A stretch of DNA of 46,568 nt from Crocinitomix sp. (GTDB lineage: Bacteria > Bacteroidota > Bacteroidia > Flavobacteriales_D > Crocinitomicaceae): positions 1-46,568 of the forward strand of contig JALQVX010000207.1 in the NCBI GenBank assembly GCA_023263555.1, in the 5' to 3' direction. The notes beneath the pieces were generated by a model. That model made no database searches. It was not told where the DNA came from and saw only the letters and a program-made list of their open reading frames with translations. Numbering within the stretch: position 1 is the first letter of the stretch; each line of letters opens with the position of its first letter. The position numbers were made by a program, and so were the translations under genes. Positions 1-9,994 of the stretch are shown piece after piece.

Positions 1-1
1 G

Positions 2-99
2 CGCAGCCAGTTGGTCAGCGCGGGCTACAACCACGTCGCGCAAGTCATGAGTCCCGGCGAATACAGTATTCGCGGTGGTCTGATCGACCTGTTCCCGAT
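2..99 (+). other. mfd: Foreign fragment of transcription-repair coupling factor (Mfd), proteobacterial type; probably chimeric contig end
   Basis: The frame from base 2 reads RSQLVSAGYNHVAQVMSPGEYSIRGGLIDLFP, matching the Mfd/UvrB-homology motif GY..V.QV..PGEY..RGG.IDLFP. Bases 1-100 are 60% GC, much higher than the AT-rich rest of the window. Confidence 0.75.
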
Positions 100-390
100 T
101 TGCTCGAGAGCGTACGTTTCTAAAGCTTGACTATATTCGCCTTGATAGTATTGTAACATATCCTGCGGGCCTTTCAAGTACCCATATGCATTTACTAAGC
201 AGGCGTATAAAAGAAGATCTGAATATTTATTTGACAAATATGTGCCACTCGTATCTGTCGTAATTGTTGGTGGCTCTTTGTCATAAGCTAGTGTAATATC
301 ATAAGTTCTGTCAGGTGTTGGAGCCACCACCCAAAACTCCTCGTCCCAATTTGCATAGTATTTTGGTATATCCACAGCCGAAGTGCCAGG
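89..390 (-). other. Phage-like virion protein fragment (possible head-tail adaptor type) fused in frame to the host gene
   Basis: The peptide PGTSAVDIPKYYANWDEEFWVVAPTPDRTYDITLAYDKEP...YLSNKYSDLLLYACLVNAYGYLKGPQDMLQYY...ALEQIGNR does not fit a PKD/T9SS protein. It resembles, from memory only, structural proteins of marine phages. Confidence 0.5.
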
Positions 391-2868
391 GCAGATGGTA
401 TCACTTAAGGTTCCCGCTTCTCCTTCAAAGAGTGCAATCGTTACTTCAATGAATGCTGTGTCGGGTGTATAACAACCTGCAGCATCAGAAACAATCAACA
501 TCACATTGTAAACACCTGGTTCTTCATAAAAATGAGTTGGTTCAAATTCTGTTGACGTTTCACCGTCTCCAAAAATCCAAAGGTATTCATCTCCGTATAA
601 ACTCGAATTTTCAAAAATAACAGGGTCGGGAATGCATATAACTGGTGCGCCGGTGCTTAATACAGCTTCGATTTTTGCTAATTCAAATTGAAAGACCGCC
701 ATATTGCAATTGGTGGGTCCCTTTTCAGGAGAAAATACACCTGGTGTTGTAGGAAATACGCCACCCGAGCTATAACACGCTGCGCAAACGGCGTGATATA
801 TTGTTCCCGATTTATCAAAACGGCTTGTCCCTCCATCCACATGGTCTCCATCTGATGAAGGATCGCCCATAAATGTTGCGTATTTTAATCCAGCCATATC
901 AGCTGTGAAAACGGCCAAGTAAAAATTGTTTCCACTCGTAACATTTTGATAGGCATCTGGGGTAGTTGGAAAACCAGAGGTTGTGCTTCCAACAGCGAAG
1001 TTGGTCTCACCGCCCCAACCTGCAATGTAGATTTCATAACAATCACTCACTAAAAAAGCCGTAGGCGAAATTTCGGCAACGCCTGATCCGGCTCCAAAAA
1101 CGGATGACCACTCGGTTGTTCCTAAGTCATTAGAAATCTTATGGATAAATTGGCCACTATTGGGGTTAATATAGTTGGGACCATCTGTTTGGTAGGCTCC
1201 ACTTGACTGGCCATAAACGTATACAAAGTTATCAATATCTAAATCTACTAAATAAGCCTGATCGTAATCATTTGTTCCTAAATAGGTAGCTTCTGCTGTG
1301 TAGGCAGGCGCAATAAACTTTATTAAATACCCGTCTACTGTTCCGCCCATGTAGGCTGGATGAATGTTCCCAGTGGTATTCGGAAAATTGGTACTGGTTG
1401 TTCCTCCAACCATAAAAATATCACCTGTAGCCGATACTTTGATTGAGTTTCCAGATTCATCTCCAGAACCTCCAACATAAGAACTCCAAAGTAGGCTTGA
1501 TAAATTCGAATTGAATTTTGCCGCGATCGCATCTTTTGACCCCCCTATCGTTCCATCAAACCCACCAATGACTGGGAAATCAAAAGATGTGGTTGTTGAA
1601 GCTATATAAACATTTGATGCGTCATCTACGACTACCTCTCCTCTCAATTGATCCCCATAATTATGAACGACATCACCGTCTTCGGAAATACCATCAAATC
1701 CACTTCCTCCTAAATACGTTCCTCCTAAAATCACATTTCCAGCAGCAGATAGCTTAAGGATAAAGATATCTGCACCAGCCATGAAATTGATACCATCAAT
1801 TATAGCCCCTCCACCTAGATTATTTTCAGGTTGGTAGGCCGAACCTCCAACGGGAAAGTTTGTAGATGAGGTTGCACCCATTATGTATAAATCGTTCGCA
1901 TCATTCACAATGATACTATGTGGAGTTTCACTTCCGTTACCGCCAATAAATGTTGAATAGATAATATCACTTCCATCAGCATTGAATTTCGTGATTCCTA
2001 AATCTACTGCCCCACCATTAAAGGAAACGTCCACTGCACCTGGAGAAGTCGGATATCCACTTCCAAATACAATTCCACCACCAATTAAATTACCATCAAT
2101 ATCAGGACAAGCGGTCATTCCCCAATTGTCGGAAGTAGAACCGGTGAAGGTGGAAAATTTTAATTCCGGATCAATCACTAATTCGTAGGCCTCATTGTAA
2201 CCGTCAGGAAAAGTGAAGGACATTTCGTTTCCTACGAGATTATATTCACACTTCACTTTTCTTTTGATACCAGAAATGATCTGATAGGCAATTGGTTTAC
2301 TTTCTGTGATCGTTCCTAATGAAGTTGAAACCATTAGTTCTCCCTCAATTAATTCTAATTTATCTTGGCCTTCGTAAGCGACTTTAAACGCTGAAGGATC
2401 GCCACCTGGAGCTATAATAACATCATATTTTAGCGTCTGATGTGTACCGTATAATCTTAAATTAATCTTTGGATATAAATTTTGATACACAATCTCAGTG
2501 AATGCACGACTGTTTGCTACCCATTGATTAGGATCGTTGGTTAGAAAATAATTTTCGTAAAAAGAGGAGGGATTTAGTTCTTCAAATGTAGGTGTTTGTG
2601 CACCAATAAAGGTTGTTTTAACAATGTGATGATGAATTGATTCTGGCGCGTCAACATGACCGTGACCGTGATCATAATGCTCTCTTATTGTAGAAAAATC
2701 GTACGTAAATCCTTGTTTTTCTATGTAGAGTTGACCAGCAGGAATCCCAATTTTATACGAAATATTTTCATGCCATTGCCCTCGATTTGGACGCATCCAT
2801 ATTTCATCCTGTGCATAAATGCCAGAAAAAGAAAGGAATAGTATAAAAATCAGTCCTACTTTATTCAT
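391..2868 (-). CDS. Secreted SBBP beta-propeller-repeat / PKD-domain protein; native C-terminus missing (ORF runs on to base 25 through foreign sequence)
   Basis: Signal peptide; N-terminal NRGQW...LKYD...PGGDP...PIAYQ...LVIDP region; repeated STF/YxGGxGxD...G.T.SxNFP propeller repeats; PKD motif YLWIFGDGETS...PTHFY..PGVYNVML. Confidence 0.8.
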
Positions 2869-3088
2869 AAGGTCGCACTAATCGAAATTAATGTGGGTTT
2901 ACCTAAATTATACGCTATTTATCAGTCCAAAACACACTTATTCATGGTTTTGGAGTATACTTTCACAAGTTAATCAAAAAATGAACCACTTCCGCACAAA
3001 ATTTGAAAAAGTGTAAGCTTTCAATAGACGTAAATAAAACAGAAATAGTTTGCTGAACCGCTAAAATATTTTAAATAAGGCTAGAATT

Positions 3089-3113
3089 CAAAGATTTGAC
3101 AATCAAATCTTTG
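3089..3113. repeat. Perfect 11-bp inverted repeat (CAAAGATTTGA-caa-TCAAATCTTTG)
   Basis: Seen directly; lies 17 nt beyond the stop codon of 3131..3568 and has no clear U-tract. Confidence 0.6.
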
Positions 3114-3130
3114 CAAGAAGTTACTGTCAA

Positions 3131-3568
3131 TTAATAGGTTTCTTCTTTTACTAAATCACCAACCTCGTCGTAAAAACGCCAAAGACCGGTCTTTAGATCA
3201 TTTTTGTACTCACCAACATATCTGATCTTTCCATTGGGGAAAAACGTTACCGAATGACCTTCTTTTTTTCCATGACTGTAAAAGGATTCACTCCATTTCT
3301 GTCCGTTTTCATAATACGAAATCCAAAGTCCATTTCGAGCCTCGTTTTCGTCAAAATTTCCTTCAATTTTGAGGGCTCCGCTTTCATAAAACTCTTCGTA
3401 GTCGGCATGAATGACTTCTTCCACTTTCTCAATTCCTTCACCAGATTCTGTTGTCAGAACTTCAACTGAAGTAGAGTCCAAATCAGTGCTGTTGCCTGAT
3501 TGTTCTGTAGAGGTTGAGCAAGATGAAACGAAAATACCACTACAAACTAAAATGACGATTAATTTCAT
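3131..3568 (-). CDS. MORN-variant repeat (YwqK-like) lipoprotein
   Basis: Lipobox-like FVSSC; repeats YESGALKIEG, YYENGQKWSE, FFPNGKIRYVG. Confidence 0.75.
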   Translation of the reverse strand: MKLIVILVCSGIFVSSCSTSTEQSGNSTDLDSTSVEVLTTESGEGIEKVEEVIHADYEEFYESGALKIEGNFDENEARNGLWISYYENGQKWSESFYSHGKKEGHSVTFFPNGKIRYVGEYKNDLKTGLWRFYDEVGDLVKEETY

Positions 3569-3588
3569 ATACGATTTGTTTTACTCTT

Positions 3589-4566
3589 TTATTTTTTACG
3601 ATATACTGTATATTCTACAAGTCCAATTAATGCACTTTTAGCGTCAGATTGATCCAAGTCATTCAAAAGGGCCAAGGCTTCATCCTTTAGTTCAATCATT
3701 CTTTCGTAGGCATAATTTACACCTCCTGCTTGAATCACGAGTTGAATCGCTTCTTTCACTTTTCTTGGCTCTTCGTTATGGTTTTTTACGGTGTTTATGA
3801 GTGTTTTCCGAACAGTCAGCGAACCATTGTTTAATGCATAAATAAGGGGTAAGGTCATTTTCCGTTCTCGGATGTCATTGCCGGTGGGCTTACCGATTGA
3901 TTCATCATCACCATAATCGAAAATATCATCCTTAATTTGGAAAGCCATACCTACGAGTTCACCGAATCGTTTCATACGGTTAATTAAGTCTTGATCTGTT
4001 GATACTGAAGCAGCGCCAGCAGCGCAACAAGATGCAATCAGCGAAGCTGTTTTTTTGCGAATGATGTCGTAGTATACTTCTTCTGTAATGTCGAGTCTTC
4101 TCGCTTTTTCGATCTGTAGAAGTTCGCCTTCAGACATTTCTTTTACCGCATCTGAAACGATTTTTAGCAATTGAAATTGTGATGTGTTTACAGAAATCAA
4201 TAATCCTTGCGCAAGGAGATAATCCCCAACTAATACAGCAATTTTATTTTTCCAAAGTGCATTTACAGAAAATACGCCACGCCTTTCATTTGCGTCGTCT
4301 ACAACATCATCATGAACAAGGGAGGCCGTATGCGATAATTCGATTAAGCTGGCCGCAACATAACTGGCCTCTTCGACCTTTCCATTTATTGACTTTGCCG
4401 TTAGAAAAACAAACATGGGACGCATTTGTTTGCCTTTTCGCTTAATGATGTAATGGGTAATTTTGTCTAATAAGGCAACGTCAGATTTGAGCGCATCACG
4501 AAACTTTTCTTCAAAGATGTGCATCTCATTTTCAACATTCGCTTTTATTTCCTTGACGGTATACAT
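3589..4566 (-). CDS. ispB: Polyprenyl (octaprenyl-type) diphosphate synthase
   Basis: GKQMRP, first aspartate-rich motif LVHDDVVD..RRG, KTASL, second motif FQIKDD. Confidence 0.9.
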   Translation of the reverse strand: MYTVKEIKANVENEMHIFEEKFRDALKSDVALLDKITHYIIKRKGKQMRPMFVFLTAKSINGKVEEASYVAASLIELSHTASLVHDDVVDDANERRGVFSVNALWKNKIAVLVGDYLLAQGLLISVNTSQFQLLKIVSDAVKEMSEGELLQIEKARRLDITEEVYYDIIRKKTASLIASCCAAGAASVSTDQDLINRMKRFGELVGMAFQIKDDIFDYGDDESIGKPTGNDIRERKMTLPLIYALNNGSLTVRKTLINTVKNHNEEPRKVKEAIQLVIQAGGVNYAYERMIELKDEALALLNDLDQSDAKSALIGLVEYTVYRKK

Positions 4567-4571
4567 CTATG

Positions 4572-4579
4572 CAAAGATA
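4572..4579 (-). promoter_or_regulatory. Bacteroidota -7 promoter element (TATCTTTG) for ispB
   Basis: Matches the TAnnTTTG consensus just upstream of the start codon. Confidence 0.5.
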
Positions 4580-4609
4580 CGTTACAGGTTTTATAAACGG
4601 TTGTTTTTT

Positions 4610-5329
4610 TTATGAATTAACGGGATTTTTATGCGGGTCAAAGTTGCGAATTATTGAAATCCATTCTTCAACATCTTTCGCATTTTCTAGTGAGAAATCA
4701 CCAATTTTCTCTCTTTTCAGCGCTGTTAGATGTCCTCCGTTATTCAATTTTTGCCCTAAATCATGTGCAATACTCCTAATATATGTTCCTTTGGAGCAGG
4801 TGATTTCGAAGTGAACATTAGGCATTTCGATCGACTTGATTTCAAAATCCACTATTTCAATTCTCTTTGGTTGGAGGATAACCTCTTCTCCCGCTCGCGC
4901 CAGATCGTATGCTTTTTGACCCTTAATTTTTTTTGCGGAAAATATTGGAGGATGTTGATCATAAAACCCAATCATTCCTTTTGCCACTTCACTTATTTGT
5001 TGCTCCGACAATTTCTCCAGCGAAAAATGTTGATCAATTTCGGTTTCAAGGTCATATGAGGGAGTGGTAGCACCAAGAGTAATCGTTCCTGAATACGTTT
5101 TTGGAAGTCCCATAAAAGAATCGATTTCTTTCGTTTTCTTTCCTGTGCATATAATTAATAATCCATCAGCTAGTGGATCAAGGGTACCCGCATGTCCAAC
5201 CTTTATTTTTTTTACGCCAAGTTGATTTTTGATTTCGTATCTCAATTTATTAACGACATCAAAAGAAGTCCAATTAAGCGGCTTATTCACCAAAAGTAGT
5301 TCTCCTAACTGGAAGTTGAGTTCACTCAT
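4610..5329 (-). CDS. truB: tRNA pseudouridine(55) synthase
   Basis: KPLNWTSFDVV, KVGHAGTLDPLA, CSKGTYIRS. Confidence 0.97.
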   Translation of the reverse strand: MSELNFQLGELLLVNKPLNWTSFDVVNKLRYEIKNQLGVKKIKVGHAGTLDPLADGLLIICTGKKTKEIDSFMGLPKTYSGTITLGATTPSYDLETEIDQHFSLEKLSEQQISEVAKGMIGFYDQHPPIFSAKKIKGQKAYDLARAGEEVILQPKRIEIVDFEIKSIEMPNVHFEITCSKGTYIRSIAHDLGQKLNNGGHLTALKREKIGDFSLENAKDVEEWISIIRNFDPHKNPVNS

Positions 5330-6138
5330 GCTTGAAAGTAAAAATGAAGAGAGATCGCGACTAGACCCACTAAAAAACAGTAAAATGCGAAATAGGATAA
5401 TTTTGCCTTTTTAACTAAACTTATCATCCAAGTACATGCAATAAGTCCCGTAATAAATGCTGCAATAAATCCAATGGTAAGAAGCATAAAATTCGTATCA
5501 ACAGTGGATTCAGGATGTTTCATCATAAATAGCACGTCCTTCGCCATTTTTCCGAAAATCAACGGAACGACCATTAAAAATGAAAAACGAGCGGCCCTAT
5601 CTCTGTCGATACCGAGAAGGACAGTGGTAGAAATAGTTGCTCCAGACCTTGATATTCCTGGCAGAATGGCAATCGCTTGCGAAATACCTATAATAAGTGC
5701 ATGGCCAAAACCAACCTGCTTATCCGTGTTTTTTGCTCGATCGGCTAATAAAAGGAGAACACCAGTAATTAAAAGCATTGAACCAACAAAAAGCACTTGA
5801 CCACCAAAAAATGAATTGATTTCTTCATCTAATAAAACTCCGACAATTGCGGCAGGAATCATAGAGAGAACTATCTTTAAAGAGAAGCGCGATTCTTCAT
5901 TCCATTTAAATTGAAAAAGTCCTTTAAAAATTTGGGCTAAATCCTTTCTAAAAATGACGACTGTACTTAAGGCTGTTGCAAAATGAAGAACAACCACCAT
6001 CAGCATGCTTTTATCTTTGTCTACATTTGTTCCAAATAGAGCATTTGTGAGTTCGAGATGACCACTGCTACTCACGGGTAAAAATTCGGTTAATCCCTGA
6101 ACAATTCCAAGGATCAAGGTTTCAATATAATCTGACAT
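5326..6138 (-). CDS. uppP: Undecaprenyl-diphosphate phosphatase (BacA)
   Basis: GIVQGLTEFLPVSSSGH and PGISRSGATI motifs; multi-TM. Confidence 0.97.
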   Translation of the reverse strand: MSDYIETLILGIVQGLTEFLPVSSSGHLELTNALFGTNVDKDKSMLMVVVLHFATALSTVVIFRKDLAQIFKGLFQFKWNEESRFSLKIVLSMIPAAIVGVLLDEEINSFFGGQVLFVGSMLLITGVLLLLADRAKNTDKQVGFGHALIIGISQAIAILPGISRSGATISTTVLLGIDRDRAARFSFLMVVPLIFGKMAKDVLFMMKHPESTVDTNFMLLTIGFIAAFITGLIACTWMISLVKKAKLSYFAFYCFLVGLVAISLHFYFQA

Positions 6139-6144
6139 TCAAGG

Positions 6145-6399
6145 CTATTTGGCTTTTCTTTTTTTCATAATGCCATAAAGCACAACACCATATCCACCAA
6201 TAACAAGAAGGGGCGAAATGGTGATTCGTACTGTGCTAAATAATCGGTCGCCATCAAATTGCGTAGGATCTTCAGATCCACCACCAATCATTAAAAAAAA
6301 TCCAACTAAAGTAATTGCAAATCCCAAAATGATCAATTTGTAATTTTGGTTGCCGAATACAAATTTATCTTTATTATCCATAGTATTTTGTTTTGCCAA
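6145..6399 (-). CDS. DUF3098-type small membrane protein (TTG start, alternative ATG at 6381)
   Basis: Two TM helices with FG..NY...GF.LM.GGGS.DP..F; usual position between ftsX and uppP in Bacteroidota. Confidence 0.8.
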   Translation of the reverse strand: MAKQNTMDNKDKFVFGNQNYKLIILGFAITLVGFFLMIGGGSEDPTQFDGDRLFSTVRITISPLLVIGGYGVVLYGIMKKRKAK

Positions 6400-6412
6400 T
6401 GAGGCGCTGTTG

Positions 6413-7297
6413 TTAATATAGTTCGTCTAAGTTCAATCTCAAATACTTCCGTAATGCAAAATAAGTTGAAGTGAGCGTAATGAGTACTCCAAAGAGCACA
6501 ATACCCGCTAAAACAAGAAAGAATAGACGCAAATCCGTCATTTGTAAAAAGACTTCATTATAATAAGTGAGGATGTAAATTAATCCTAAAACCATTGTTC
6601 CTGCTATAAGACCCGAAACGACACCTTGGCCAATCGCACTCCAAAAAAATGGTCTTCGAATAAAACGGGGGGTTGCACCAACTAATTGCATGGTTTTAAT
6701 TAAAAAACGTTTAGAAAAAAGAGCTAATCGAATTGTATTATTGATCATACCAATAGCAATAAAAAGAAGCATTCCTGCAATGAGTAAACCCAAGTAAACA
6801 AACTTCTGAAATTTCTGATTGAAGTTGGCAAAAATGTCTTTTTGATAGGATACTTCAATGAGTCGACCTTCATAGTCAGACATCAATTCTTTTTCAATCC
6901 AAAGCATACTGTCCAAATCGAAATACGCCTTATTCAAGGTCATGATAACTGACTGATTAATGGGATTGGCAATGTTTAAGTCACGCATGGTAGAATCTCC
7001 GCCAATTTCATGTATGGCGATTTCCAATGCTTCTTCTGAAGAGCGATACATTGCGCCACTAGTATATTCTTTCGCTGCAATTTCCTCTTCAATTATTCCA
7101 AGCTCTAGTGTATTGACCGAATTGTCGAAAAATAGGTCTATTTCGAAGCTTTCTATTTTGTCATCTTTAAAGTGATTGAGACCAAGCACGAACCATGCGA
7201 CAATTCCAAGAATGAAGAGGACCATCACGATTCCTATAATCGTTGATACATAGGCTGTTTTAAGCCCTTTTTTTCCTTTCGATCGATTTCTTGCCAT
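6413..7297 (-). CDS. ftsX: Cell division permease FtsX
   Basis: INNTIRL...KRFLIKTMQLVGAT..FIRRPF; four TM segments and a periplasmic loop. Confidence 0.92.
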   Translation of the reverse strand: MARNRSKGKKGLKTAYVSTIIGIVMVLFILGIVAWFVLGLNHFKDDKIESFEIDLFFDNSVNTLELGIIEEEIAAKEYTSGAMYRSSEEALEIAIHEIGGDSTMRDLNIANPINQSVIMTLNKAYFDLDSMLWIEKELMSDYEGRLIEVSYQKDIFANFNQKFQKFVYLGLLIAGMLLFIAIGMINNTIRLALFSKRFLIKTMQLVGATPRFIRRPFFWSAIGQGVVSGLIAGTMVLGLIYILTYYNEVFLQMTDLRLFFLVLAGIVLFGVLITLTSTYFALRKYLRLNLDELY

Positions 7298-7375
7298 TCT
7301 GGCGATAAAAATAGGTATAAAATTTTTTACAAATTAAAAAACAAAAGATAAGGTGTTATTTTTTTAAGAAATATT

Positions 7376-7383
7376 TACATTTG
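7376..7383 (+). promoter_or_regulatory. Bacteroidota -7 promoter element (TACATTTG)
   Basis: TAnnTTTG consensus upstream of the YceI-like gene. Confidence 0.55.
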
Positions 7384-7400
7384 CATGTCTAAACAAATAA

Positions 7401-8051
7401 ATGATAAAGAAGATGAAAAAAATAATGATTTTAGGATTGTGCGCTGCACCATTCTTTTTTGCTTCATGCGGTGGAGCTGAGTCAGATACTGAAGGAACAG
7501 AAGCTGATTCTACTGTAGTCGAAGTCGTTGAAACAGTTGTAAATTCTTACACAATTGATACAGCAACTACAGTAATTAATTGGATGAGTTATGATGGTGA
7601 AGAAATTGCTCACCAAGGAACGGTTGCGACTTTAAATGGTTCTTTCGAAGTTTCAGTAACTGGAGAAGAAGCTGTAATCACAGGTGGAAACCTAGTTGTT
7701 GATATGAATTCAATTGCTGAAGGTGATGAGCGTCTAGAGGGACATTTAAAGGCTGATGATTTCTTTGATGTAAATCAATTTGCTACTACTTCTTTTGCGT
7801 TCGATCGTCATGAAAACGGAATGATTTATGGAACGGCTACAATTATCGGAAAAGAAGTTGCTATTGAAGCACCAGTAGAAGTTACTGTTGAAAATGGATC
7901 TGCGATTCTTGCTGTAGGTGAATTTTCAGTTGATTTTGCTCAATTAGAGATGAATTTCTTTGAAAGAGAAAAAACAGAAGCTAAACCAGAAGAAATGCAC
8001 AGCACTCTAATCGGGTTCTCTGCAACAGTTAACGGTTCTGCTGCTCAGTAA
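7401..8051 (+). CDS. YceI-family lipid-binding lipoprotein (start may be 7413)
   Basis: Lipobox FFASC; H.G...VVDMNSI...LEGHLKADDFFDV..F motif. Confidence 0.85.
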   Translation: MIKKMKKIMILGLCAAPFFFASCGGAESDTEGTEADSTVVEVVETVVNSYTIDTATTVINWMSYDGEEIAHQGTVATLNGSFEVSVTGEEAVITGGNLVVDMNSIAEGDERLEGHLKADDFFDVNQFATTSFAFDRHENGMIYGTATIIGKEVAIEAPVEVTVENGSAILAVGEFSVDFAQLEMNFFEREKTEAKPEEMHSTLIGFSATVNGSAAQ

Positions 8052-8113
8052 TTAAAGAGCTCAAGCTAGAACGATCTTCTTTGCTTAGAATAGAATTACA
8101 ATTGATAAATGTG

Positions 8114-8149
8114 AAAAGTCCGTCTTCAACTTTGGAGACGGACTTTTTT
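8114..8149. terminator. Bidirectional intrinsic terminator
   Basis: AAAAGTCCGTCT...AGACGGACTTTTTT hairpin between convergent genes. Confidence 0.8.
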
Positions 8150-9152
8150 ATGCTCTCAAATGTTTTGTCAGGGCGCGATAAAATTCGGGTAATGAATTCG
8201 GATTGTTTACTTTCTTTTTATGTAAGGCTCTGGAAATTCTGTAAACGGTACGTAATTCATTAAATACTTTGCGGTAGGCATAGACTAAATTATGCTTCGG
8301 ATCATAGATGTCGGCAACTTCCGAGTTCACGCCATTCAGTTCAAAAATGCGGATGTATTTCCCTCGATTGAGATCGTCAATAGAACGTACTTTTAAATCA
8401 AATCGACCGTAGTGAAAATCGGGAAGATGTTGACAAATGTCGTCGAAAACACCCTGTAGTTCTGGAGAAATTAGATCACACGCATCCACAAATTTCGTTC
8501 CTCTACAATGATTACCGATTTCTTCTAAAATACAAATTTGATTTTCCGGAAGTACACCTTGCCATTCTGCATCAAATTTCTTTGCCAAATAATCGAGTCG
8601 ACCATGGGCGCGGATTTCATTTTCAGCTAAGATTTTTAGTGTTGAGATACCATCCCCTTTTACACTTAAAAATTCTTTACGCACAACCGAACTAATTTTT
8701 GATTCACCATTCGGAAAACGGTGATAAAGAATTCCAAGTTCAATGGCAAAGTCACAATATTCCTGCAAAATAAATGCTTCATTGATACTTGGATAGAATG
8801 CATCAAACGCTGCCGCATCTCGAAATAAATGTACGTTTTTACCGCGCTCCCCAATATCTGGTTTATAGATAAATGGAAACTCCAGTAAGTGGTTATAAAA
8901 ATGAGGATCAGCCGGTTTTTCTGCAAAATAATGTGATGTTAATCGATACTCTTCAGGAATTTCTTGTAAAATTTTGAATTTTGAATATTGAAAAAAACCA
9001 CCAAAATTAATTTTCGGATTAACGCGGGTAAAATAGAGTAAATTGAAACTCCGTAAACTGTAAAACAGCCAAACAGGAATAAAAGGCGAGTAAAAGAGAT
9101 AAGACGGCCAAAACTCGTAGCGCAAACTTCGTTTTAATTTAAAAAAAGTCAT
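8148..9152 (-). CDS. ATP-grasp fold ligase of unknown specificity (often loosely labelled D-Ala-D-Ala ligase-like)
   Basis: FPFIYKPDIGERG, FILQEY, ELGILY, GNHCRG, YGRFDL, IFELNG; hydrophobic N-terminus with YEFWP; no Ddl N-terminal GG.S.E motif. Confidence 0.75.
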   Translation of the reverse strand: MTFFKLKRSLRYEFWPSYLFYSPFIPVWLFYSLRSFNLLYFTRVNPKINFGGFFQYSKFKILQEIPEEYRLTSHYFAEKPADPHFYNHLLEFPFIYKPDIGERGKNVHLFRDAAAFDAFYPSINEAFILQEYCDFAIELGILYHRFPNGESKISSVVRKEFLSVKGDGISTLKILAENEIRAHGRLDYLAKKFDAEWQGVLPENQICILEEIGNHCRGTKFVDACDLISPELQGVFDDICQHLPDFHYGRFDLKVRSIDDLNRGKYIRIFELNGVNSEVADIYDPKHNLVYAYRKVFNELRTVYRISRALHKKKVNNPNSLPEFYRALTKHLRA

Positions 9153-9989
9153 TTACTTTTTAAAATCTAAAAATACGCCAAGACTAAGTGATGGAGCAGC
9201 AATGATATTTCGACTAAAAGTAGCGAAACCCGCTTCGGCCATCAAACCAATATTACCTTTAAGTTTGTATAAAATTTGAGGACTAATAGAGAAGTATTCT
9301 AAATTGTCAGAATAGATTCCTGGAATTGGACTGTCCTTTCGAACTTCGTTGAACATGGATTTACGACCATATATTTTAACAATTCCAATAAATTTGTTCT
9401 TAACAAATCCAACTTCACCGCCGTAGTGAATTTCATCTGAGAAACCTTTGGTTCGGTTGTTATACCCTAAAAATACCGTGGCGAATATTCCTTTGTTAAA
9501 GCTTTTACTTGCATCTAATTTCAGCATTTGATTGTACTCTCCGTCTCCTAAATGCAAAGTGCCAGTGCTTCCTGCATTGAAATTACCTGTTGCCATGCCA
9601 CCAATAAGTGAAACCGCCAAATTAATTTTGTTGCTACAAAGGCCATATTTCAACGCGATATCCACATCACCAAAGCCCGTAGCATTATCTCCTATAAAAA
9701 CATTACCCATATCGTCAATACCACTCTCACGTGACAAAGAGGTTAAAAACGGGGTGTAAATCGTCGCTGTTAATTTATTTGTGATTCCATATTCACCATA
9801 AAAATTGGTGGTAAATGCTGAGAGTGCCGGAGAACTCACAATTACGGCATTGCTGTTGAAATAGTTCGTTCCGCTAATCATACGTTGCGACAACATAAAA
9901 AATCCATTGCCCTTTTCTTGTGTCCACCCACCACCGCAAAAGGCGTTGTATTGGCTCAAAACGAATACTATTAATAAGATCTTTTTCAT
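9153..9989 (-). CDS. Putative outer-membrane beta-barrel protein
   Basis: Signal peptide, GGWTQEKG start, FYGEYGIT and GFGDVDIALKY strands, aromatic-containing terminal strand (LGVFLDF). Confidence 0.6.
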   Translation of the reverse strand: MKKILLIVFVLSQYNAFCGGGWTQEKGNGFFMLSQRMISGTNYFNSNAVIVSSPALSAFTTNFYGEYGITNKLTATIYTPFLTSLSRESGIDDMGNVFIGDNATGFGDVDIALKYGLCSNKINLAVSLIGGMATGNFNAGSTGTLHLGDGEYNQMLKLDASKSFNKGIFATVFLGYNNRTKGFSDEIHYGGEVGFVKNKFIGIVKIYGRKSMFNEVRKDSPIPGIYSDNLEYFSISPQILYKLKGNIGLMAEAGFATFSRNIIAAPSLSLGVFLDFKK

Positions 9990-9994
9990 ATTTA

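Noticed and set aside
25-2868. 947-aa ORF as a novel natural fusion protein
   Set aside because: The last ~120 codons cross two apparent chimeric junctions, and the final ~25 codons are the antisense of an mfd fragment.
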